A stretch of DNA of 64,000 nucleotides from Spirochaetaceae bacterium (lineage in GTDB: Bacteria; Spirochaetota; Spirochaetia; DSM-2461): positions 57,938-121,937 of the forward strand of contig JAOPTT010000002.1 of NCBI GenBank assembly GCA_051531975.1, written 5' to 3'. Numbering within the stretch: position 1 is the stretch's first letter; each line of letters opens with the position of its first letter. The position numbers and the translations under genes are program-made. Below, piece by piece: positions 57,169 through 64,000 of the stretch. The notes under the pieces were generated by a model, which worked only from the letters and a program-made list of their open reading frames with translations, searched no databases and was not told the origin of the DNA.

Positions 57169-59508
57169 ATGGATAAAAACGATATAATACAGGATGAAAC
57201 TAAATTACCTGAACAGTTACCTATAATACCTCTACAAGGGAAACCAATATTTCCAGGGATATTCTCCCCTATTTTAATAGTCTCACAAGAAGATATTACT
57301 GTTGTAGAAAATGCTATGAACGCAGATAAATTAATTGGACTTCTACTATTAATTGATGATAACGAAGATGATATATCTCCTGATAATCTTTTTAATGTTG
57401 GAACAGTTGCTAAAATAGTTAAAAAAGTAAACTTACCAGATGGTGGCATTAATATTTTTATCTCAACAATTAAAAGATTTGAAGTTACGAGCTTCTTTAT
57501 AGATGAAGACCCACTAATAGCTAGTGTTAAATATGTGGAAGAAATTGTTGAGCAGAGTATGGAGGTTAAAGCGTTAACAAGATCTTTAATTTCAGATATG
57601 AAACAGATAACCGATGATAACCACATTCTCTCGGAAGAAGTTAGACTAAACATGGTTAATATAGATGAGCCTGGAAAAATTGCAGATTTTATCGCCTCTA
57701 TTTTAAATATTGATAGGTTACAACAACAACAGATTCTAGGAACTTTTGATATACGAGATAGGTTAGAGCAGGTTCTTATTTATATTAAAAAAGAGCAGGA
57801 TCTATTACGAATTCAAAAAAAGATTTCTAAGCAGATAAATGAAAAAATTGAGAAAAACCAAAAAGAGTACTTTTTAAGAGAAGAGATAAAAGCCATTAAA
57901 AAGGAACTTGGTGAACCAGCAGATGGTAAAACCAGCGATGTAATAAAGTTTAAAGAAGCAATTTCTAAGTTAAATCTTGTAGATGAAGCAAAAGAACAGG
58001 TTGATTCAGAGTTAGAAAAATTCTCTTTAATGGATCCTAGTTCCTCGGAGTTTTTTGTAACTAGAAATTATTTAGAAACAGTTATTGGCATGCCTTGGAA
58101 TGATCCTAAAATGGATAATATCGATCTATTAAAAGGACAAAAAATATTAGATAAAGACCACTATGGTTTAGACGATGTAAAAGAGAGAATTATAGAGTAT
58201 TTAGCAGTTAGAAAGCTTAAAAATGATACAAAAGGTTCTATTATATGCCTAGTTGGGCCTCCTGGTGTTGGTAAAACATCTATTGGTAAGTCTATAGCCA
58301 GGTCTATGGGCAGAAACTTCTTCCGTTTTAGTGTTGGTGGAATGAGGGATGAGTCGGAGATTAAAGGACATAGAAGAACTTATATTGGTTCTATGCCTGG
58401 TAAGATTATCCAGGGTCTTAAAATTGTAAAAACTAAAGCACCTGTATTTATGATAGATGAAATTGATAAACTTAGTACTAGTGCAATGGGTGATCCATCC
58501 TCTGCTCTTTTAGAGGTATTAGATCCAGAGCAAAATATAGCTTTTAGGGATCACTATCTAGATCTACCTTTTGATCTATCCCATGTGCTTTTTATTGCGA
58601 CAGCAAATAGTTTAGATACTATTCCTAAACCACTTTTAGATAGAATGGAAATAATAAGATTATCAGGATATATATTAGATGAAAAAACAGAGATTGCTAA
58701 AAAATACATTATACCAAAATCTCTAAAAAAACATGGGTTAGAAAAGTCTCAGGTTAAATTTCCAGCTAGTACATTAAAAGCAATTGGAGAGGGATATGCC
58801 AGGGATGCAGGAATGCGTACTTTTGAGCAAGCATTAGATAAAATTAATAGAAAAATTGCTAAAAAAATTGTAATGGGGGAAGCAAATTTACCAATAACAA
58901 TAACAACTGATAACCTTGAGGAGTTTCTTAAAAAACCTTTTTTTAGAGATGAAGAGATTAAAAAGGTGACTGCTCCTGGTATGGCTATTGGTTTAGCATG
59001 GACCAATTATGGTGGAGATACTCTAATTATTGAAACTGTTAAAACAACTGGGAAAGCAGCACTGCAATTAACCGGTCAACTTGGCGATGTAATGAAAGAA
59101 TCGGCAACCCTAGCTTTTACATACGTAAAAAGTATTGCTTCAGAATATGGTATTGATGATAAGTTCTTTGAAACTAATACTGTTAACTTACATATTCCTG
59201 AAGGAGCTACTCCGAAAGATGGTCCTTCTGCTGGTATTACAATGGCAACAACATTTTTATCATTGGCTAAAAATAAGCAGATTAAAAAAGGTTTTGCTAT
59301 GACTGGTGAGTTATCTCTAACTGGGAAAGTGCTACCTATTGGTGGATTAAAAGAGAAGGTAATTGCTGCTAGACGTAATAAAATTAAACATATAATAATT
59401 CCTATACAAAATGAGAGAGATATAGACGAGATACCAGATAAGGTAAAAAAAGGTATAACATTTTACCCTGTAACTTTTATGACTGAAGTTATTGATATAC
59501 TTCTTTAA
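57169..59508 (+). CDS. lon: ATP-dependent Lon protease
   Basis: GPPGVGKTS, DEIDK, PKDGPSAG, GGLKEK; ATG 57169 follows an AAGGA SD. Confidence 0.98.
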   Translation: MDKNDIIQDETKLPEQLPIIPLQGKPIFPGIFSPILIVSQEDITVVENAMNADKLIGLLLLIDDNEDDISPDNLFNVGTVAKIVKKVNLPDGGINIFISTIKRFEVTSFFIDEDPLIASVKYVEEIVEQSMEVKALTRSLISDMKQITDDNHILSEEVRLNMVNIDEPGKIADFIASILNIDRLQQQQILGTFDIRDRLEQVLIYIKKEQDLLRIQKKISKQINEKIEKNQKEYFLREEIKAIKKELGEPADGKTSDVIKFKEAISKLNLVDEAKEQVDSELEKFSLMDPSSSEFFVTRNYLETVIGMPWNDPKMDNIDLLKGQKILDKDHYGLDDVKERIIEYLAVRKLKNDTKGSIICLVGPPGVGKTSIGKSIARSMGRNFFRFSVGGMRDESEIKGHRRTYIGSMPGKIIQGLKIVKTKAPVFMIDEIDKLSTSAMGDPSSALLEVLDPEQNIAFRDHYLDLPFDLSHVLFIATANSLDTIPKPLLDRMEIIRLSGYILDEKTEIAKKYIIPKSLKKHGLEKSQVKFPASTLKAIGEGYARDAGMRTFEQALDKINRKIAKKIVMGEANLPITITTDNLEEFLKKPFFRDEEIKKVTAPGMAIGLAWTNYGGDTLIIETVKTTGKAALQLTGQLGDVMKESATLAFTYVKSIASEYGIDDKFFETNTVNLHIPEGATPKDGPSAGITMATTFLSLAKNKQIKKGFAMTGELSLTGKVLPIGGLKEKVIAARRNKIKHIIIPIQNERDIDEIPDKVKKGITFYPVTFMTEVIDILL

Positions 59509-59544
59509 AGAACCTATATAATTTTTATATATTCTTTTATAAAC

Positions 59545-59585
59545 AAAAAGGCCTCTGTAAATTGAGTTACAGAGGCCTTTTTTTT
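59545..59585. terminator. Bidirectional terminator between lon and the acyl-CoA synthetase gene
   Basis: AAAAAGGCCTCTGTAA-ATTGAG-TTACAGAGGCCTTTTTTTT. Confidence 0.93.
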
Positions 59586-59602
59586 AACTTTTTACTACAA
59601 AA

Positions 59603-61486
59603 TTATTTATAAAAAGCAGCTATCTCTTTAGAATAGATCTCTTCTATTGCGTGTCTTTTTAAATCTTGTTTACCACTTAACTCTTTACCAACTTCAAATG
59701 CTTTAGTTAAAAGTTTAAACTTATAGATTCTCTCAAAAGATTTAAATCCATTTTCAGGAGATATTAAGTTACTAATAACAGTATTTAACTCGTCCCTTAT
59801 TTCTGGAGATTCACATAGACTCTCTTCATCTGCGTAACCAATACTATTTGCATCTGCAAATGCTTTAACTACATCTATATCTATAACAATTAGAGCTGAA
59901 ATATACTTCTGGTCTTGTCCAACAACAACAGGTGTCTGAATATAACTAGATTCACTTAGTTTTTGTTCAATAGGACTTGGTTCAAGGTTTTCACCACCAA
60001 GAAGAACTACTGTATCCTTTTCTCGTCCTACTATTTTAAACTCACCATCAAAACTTTCTATTGCTAAGTCTCCAGTATTTAACCAACCATCAGGATCTAT
60101 AGCTTCTTTAGTTAATTCAGGCTTTTTAAGGTAACCTAACATAACTTGTGGACCTTTTACATAAAGAACACCTTTGTGTCCAGGAGTTAAAGTTTTGCCA
60201 TTTTCATCACAAATTTTAAGTTCTGCACCATAAGCTGTACCAATAGAACCTCGAACTGGCTTCTGCTGATGTTTTAATGCAACAACTGGAGCACTCTCTG
60301 TTAAACCATAACCTTCTAATAACAGTATGCCTGCAGCACTAAAAAACTCTTCAACATGGGATGGTAGAGCTCCACCTCCACTAATACCAGCTTTAAAGTT
60401 AGTACCAAATTTAGCTTTTATCTTATTTAATACGAGGGCTTTTCCTAATGCACTTAATGGAAGGGAGATTAACCAAGGTAATAAAACTACTAATTTTTCT
60501 AATAATCTAGATGATTTTTTATAATAACGTGGTCTAAGTCCTATTAAAACATCATATTTTTTACGGTTGTAAATACATACTTTTGTAAAAAAATGAAATA
60601 GAGATTTAGAAACTTTACTTCCAGAGTTAACTTTTTTATAAATACCAGTTTTTAATGCATCCCAAATTCTAGGTACTGATGCAAACCATGCTGGATTTAG
60701 TGCTTCGATATCTTTTAACATTATTGCACCAATTGGTTTTGAATACGCAATTGCAGAACCACTTCCTAATGCAATATACTGCATAATTCTTTCGTATGAG
60801 TGCCAAACTGGTAATACACTTAACCAGATATCTTTACCAATATCTATAGTTAATTTAGTATCGATCTCTTCAACCTGATGTACAAAGTTATACTGGGATA
60901 ACATTACACCTTTTGGATCACCTGTTGTACCTGATGTAAATATAATTGTAGCAAGGTCGTCTTTCTCCCCGGTTTTAATTATATCTTCGACAAATTTAGA
61001 ATCTTTACCATCTGATAATTTAGATACTTCCTGGAAGGTATAAGTATTAACACCTGGGATATCCTGTTTTTCACCTTCGATAATAACTATGTTTTTAACA
61101 TGAGGTAATTTATCGATAATTTCAGATATCTTTTTAAGTTGTGTAGAATTCTCTACAAAAACTGTTTCGCACTCTGCAAACTCAATAATATAAGTAAGTT
61201 CACCCTTTGTTACATCTACACCTCTTGGAACATCTGCTGCTCGCAAAGAAGCTAGAGCTTGATCGATTAATAACCACTCTCCTCTGTTTTCGGAAACAAT
61301 ACCAACATTTGAACCTTGCTTAACGCCTAGTTCAGAAAGGGCAACTGCAAAGGATAATACTTTATCGTAAAATTCCTTATAAGTAACTTTTTCAAAATTT
61401 CCATCTGCATCTTTAATATACTGGAGAGGAAAGTTTTGGTATTTAACTGAGTAGTCTTGTAAAATTTGTATAATTGTTTTATTCAT
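59603..61486 (-). CDS. Long-chain fatty acyl-CoA synthetase (AMP-binding)
   Basis: IFTSGTTGDPKGVML, EGYGLTE, GWLNTGD, GREKD. Confidence 0.93.
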   Translation of the reverse strand: MNKTIIQILQDYSVKYQNFPLQYIKDADGNFEKVTYKEFYDKVLSFAVALSELGVKQGSNVGIVSENRGEWLLIDQALASLRAADVPRGVDVTKGELTYIIEFAECETVFVENSTQLKKISEIIDKLPHVKNIVIIEGEKQDIPGVNTYTFQEVSKLSDGKDSKFVEDIIKTGEKDDLATIIFTSGTTGDPKGVMLSQYNFVHQVEEIDTKLTIDIGKDIWLSVLPVWHSYERIMQYIALGSGSAIAYSKPIGAIMLKDIEALNPAWFASVPRIWDALKTGIYKKVNSGSKVSKSLFHFFTKVCIYNRKKYDVLIGLRPRYYKKSSRLLEKLVVLLPWLISLPLSALGKALVLNKIKAKFGTNFKAGISGGGALPSHVEEFFSAAGILLLEGYGLTESAPVVALKHQQKPVRGSIGTAYGAELKICDENGKTLTPGHKGVLYVKGPQVMLGYLKKPELTKEAIDPDGWLNTGDLAIESFDGEFKIVGREKDTVVLLGGENLEPSPIEQKLSESSYIQTPVVVGQDQKYISALIVIDIDVVKAFADANSIGYADEESLCESPEIRDELNTVISNLISPENGFKSFERIYKFKLLTKAFEVGKELSGKQDLKRHAIEEIYSKEIAAFYK

Positions 61487-61621
61487 GTTTTTACTCTAAT
61501 ACTGAAACAGCATATTAACAAGTTTTATTTTTACAAAAAGACATTTAATACAAAAAAAATCTAATATTAATATAATATTAAAAGTGACAAATTTTATTCA
61601 ATTATATATAAATTTATCATA

Positions 61622-62257
61622 ATGTTATTTTGTATGCAGATTCTAGATGAAGTGATTAAGGACTCTAAAAGATTAACGTTCTCTTTTTATAAGTATCAGG
61701 AGCAGGAGAGGATATTTATAGAAGAAACTGTATCTAAGTACCTAGAAAACCTTGGCCACGGCAATATTACAAATCAGGTCTGTTATTGTATCCACGAACA
61801 AGCTAGTAATGCCTGTAAAGCTAATTCTAAAAGAGTACATTTTATAGAAGAAGATCTAGATATAAATAATCCAGAACATTACGAAATTGGCATTAAAAAT
61901 TTTAAAAATAGTACTATAAGTAAACTTGATCACTATTTTAATATGCGTAAACAAAATAATTTATATATAAAGTTTCAAATAAAAAAAGATACTGAATATC
62001 TCTATTTATCAATAGTTAATAATGTGGAACTAAGTAATGAAGAGCAGATAAGGATAAAAAGCAAAATTAGTAAGGCTGCTAAATATAGTACTATAGTAGA
62101 TGCATTTGATGATCTACATGACCCTACCGAAGGTGCCGGTTTAGGGATTTGTACCATGTTAATTATACTTAAAGAAATTGGGCTAAAAAATAATAGTTTA
62201 AATATTTTTAGTAGAGATGGAGAGACCCATTCAACTATGACCATCAAATACTCTTAA
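61622..62257 (+). CDS. Stand-alone HATPase-like protein, paralogue 1
   Basis: HEQASNACKAN.KR (N-box-like), EGAGLG (G2-like); start may be 61634. Confidence 0.65.
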   Translation: MLFCMQILDEVIKDSKRLTFSFYKYQEQERIFIEETVSKYLENLGHGNITNQVCYCIHEQASNACKANSKRVHFIEEDLDINNPEHYEIGIKNFKNSTISKLDHYFNMRKQNNLYIKFQIKKDTEYLYLSIVNNVELSNEEQIRIKSKISKAAKYSTIVDAFDDLHDPTEGAGLGICTMLIILKEIGLKNNSLNIFSRDGETHSTMTIKYS

Positions 62258-62329
62258 TTTAAGATTAATTTCTTCCTTTTTCCCAATTCCATGCTATTAT
62301 ACTCGTATATTTAGTTATGGGAGAAGGTT

Positions 62330-62980
62330 TTGATACGTACTGATAGTAAACATATTACTTATGCTATTGATAATTCAAAAAGATTAACACTTACAATTTA
62401 TAAATACTTAGCTGAAGAGAGAAAGTATATAGATGAAATTGTATTTTTATTCCTTAAACAGACAAATTTAGAATCCCTATCCCACCAACTTACATACTGC
62501 ATTCACGAATTAGCTGGTAATGCATGTCGAGCAAATACAAAAAGAAGCTATTTCGAACATAAAAACTTAGATATTCATAATACTGACCATTATACCAAGG
62601 GTATGGAATCATTTAGAGAAGAAGCATTTAATAGTATTGATCAGTTCCATGCAACTAAAAAAGAAGATGGACTATATATAAAGTTTCAGATTAAAAAAAA
62701 TGGTGACTTTATAGATCTGAGTGTACTTAATAATGTGCCTCTAACTTTAGAAGAAGAGAGACGAATACACCAAAAGTTTATTGATATAAAGTCCTATGAT
62801 AATGTCGCTGAAGCTTTTGCAATATTAGCGGACTCTACAGAAGGTGCTGGTTTAGGTATTGCCATGATGGTTATGATGTTAAAAGATATGGGATTAGACC
62901 CAGATACATTAAAAATATTTAGGGCCTCTAATGAGACCCATGCAGAATTAAGATTACCTCTGACCGTACATTCAGCTTAG
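62330..62980 (+). CDS. Stand-alone HATPase-like protein, paralogue 2
   Basis: HELAGNACRANTKR, EGAGLG; TTG start after GGGAGAAGG. Confidence 0.65.
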   Translation: MIRTDSKHITYAIDNSKRLTLTIYKYLAEERKYIDEIVFLFLKQTNLESLSHQLTYCIHELAGNACRANTKRSYFEHKNLDIHNTDHYTKGMESFREEAFNSIDQFHATKKEDGLYIKFQIKKNGDFIDLSVLNNVPLTLEEERRIHQKFIDIKSYDNVAEAFAILADSTEGAGLGIAMMVMMLKDMGLDPDTLKIFRASNETHAELRLPLTVHSA

Positions 62981-63886
62981 AAATAATTTAACATATCCTC
63001 TATCTTCTTCCCCTGGTTTTAATATCTTTAATCCAGTATCTGGATAATTAAAGGTATCCGATGGAGCAGAAATTGGTTCAATTGCTATTGATTTTCTATC
63101 ATCTGGTACAAATAACTGTAAATTTGGAAACAGACTACTGCTAAACTCTGCATTAATGTTATCTTTTCCATCCTTTAGTAAAAACTTACCTTTGTCTTTT
63201 AAACTTATAGCTATATCTAGTTCACTACTGTTTATATTTTTTCCTTTAGAATAATCTAATTCTGTTCCATCTATTGGATAGTGGTTTCCCTCGTAATATA
63301 AATTAGCATCTACATCGAAGTACTCTTTTCCCTCGAATGTTAAATTACTTGTTCCAATGTCTTTTCCAAATGTAAAATATGGATGCCAACCTAAAGCATA
63401 TGGGGCTTCTTTATCACCACTATTATTTATTAAAAAGTCGATATTTATAGACTCTTCTGTCAGTGTAAATGTTATTGATATAGCAATATCAAATGGGTAC
63501 CCAGTAAAGTCATTTTTGCTAATTTTAGTCTGTAATTGTAGTATATCTTTAGAGTCTAAACTTTTGTTTTCCACTACATCCATATCCCTATTATATATAA
63601 GGCCATGAATACTATCTTTACCGTCACAATTCAGTGGGAATTGGTAGTTTTTATTGTTAAAACTATATGTTCCATTAGGAATCCTATCGTTAAAAGGAAA
63701 TAGTATTCTTCCTCTAAATAGCTCATTTTTAGTTAGCTCTGTAATAGGATCAGGAAATAAAATATCTCTGTTATTAAGTTTTAACTTATATACTGTTGCA
63801 CCTAAACTTTTAATAATAGTAATACTATTATTTCCAACTGTTAATGTAATTGCTTCTTGTCCATCTATTAATTCTTTAGTTATCAT
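62972..63886 (-). CDS. Aldose 1-epimerase (galactose mutarotase-like) family protein
   Basis: LFPF.DRI..G.Y, IHGL, GYPF, GWHPYF, AIEP. Confidence 0.92.
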   Translation of the reverse strand: MITKELIDGQEAITLTVGNNSITIIKSLGATVYKLKLNNRDILFPDPITELTKNELFRGRILFPFNDRIPNGTYSFNNKNYQFPLNCDGKDSIHGLIYNRDMDVVENKSLDSKDILQLQTKISKNDFTGYPFDIAISITFTLTEESINIDFLINNSGDKEAPYALGWHPYFTFGKDIGTSNLTFEGKEYFDVDANLYYEGNHYPIDGTELDYSKGKNINSSELDIAISLKDKGKFLLKDGKDNINAEFSSSLFPNLQLFVPDDRKSIAIEPISAPSDTFNYPDTGLKILKPGEEDRGYVKLFLS

Positions 63887-63893
63887 AGCAATA

Positions 63894-63936
63894 ATAATAG
63901 ACAGCTATTGACTATAATTCAAGGCTTCTGTATATT
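63894..63936. promoter_or_regulatory. Overlapping divergent promoters for tRNA-fMet (+) and the aldose epimerase gene (-)
   Basis: +: TTGACT(63908-13)-17-TATATT(63931-36); -: TTGAAT(63922-17)-17-TATTAT(63899-94). Confidence 0.65.
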
Positions 63937-63950
63937 ACATAACGAAACGA

Positions 63951-64000
63951 CGCAGGGTGGAGCAGTTGGCAGCTCGTTGGGCTCATAACCCAAAGGCCGT
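63951..64000 (+). tRNA. Initiator tRNA-fMet(CAT), truncated by the window end
   Basis: Starts CGCAGGG-TG-GAGC; anticodon arm TTGGG-CTCATAA-CCCAA with three G-C pairs; C1. Confidence 0.92.

Noticed and set aside
801..63911. Numerous short antisense or overlapping ORFs (e.g. 2995-3384, 25632-26063, 30800-31162, 36006-36371, 51421-51780, 57126-57653)
   Set aside because: All lie opposite or within well-supported genes, show no family motifs, and are expected from codon bias.

Overview
AT-rich bacterial chromosomal window, most likely from a free-living spirochaete (Spirochaetaceae-like). The taxonomic inference rests on the cdaA-cdaR-acpS-DUF2225-truA-UDG-priA and lon/recJ-M23-rpsU gene orders and on the spirochaete-type S21 and short ParC. 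About 0.1-28.3 kb is a large surface-polysaccharide/glycolipid locus, mostly on the minus strand. It encodes Wzx/Wzy, several glycosyltransferases, a WbpA/B/D/E 2,3-diacetamido-uronic acid pathway, Gmd/Fcl, WecD/WecE plus an ArnC/E/F/T-like lipid-carrier modification cassette, and a pyruvyltransferase + FrhB-like + nitroreductase set. It is headed by a LoaP-type NusG paralogue and a wHTH regulator with a perfect 16-bp palindrome, with divergent Wzz- and Wza-like genes and an Rpn nuclease at its edge. The rest is housekeeping (priA, truA, acpS, cdaAR, parCE, ackA, tRNA-Cys, rpsU, recJ, recO, lon, acyl-CoA synthetase, start of tRNA-fMet). Best observations: (1) a stand-alone 61-aa histone-fold gene at 48161-48346 resembling Bdellovibrio Bd0055/Leptospira histones, with its own promoter, strong SD and terminator; (2) rpsU probably starting at a non-canonical ATC behind an extended SD; (3) about seven genes that look leaderless; (4) a cNMP-binding/HATPase protein translationally coupled to the c-di-AMP cyclase. 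The supplied ORF track mislabels 44761..45711, which is on the + strand. All calls come from motif recognition and recalled family knowledge; no searches were run.
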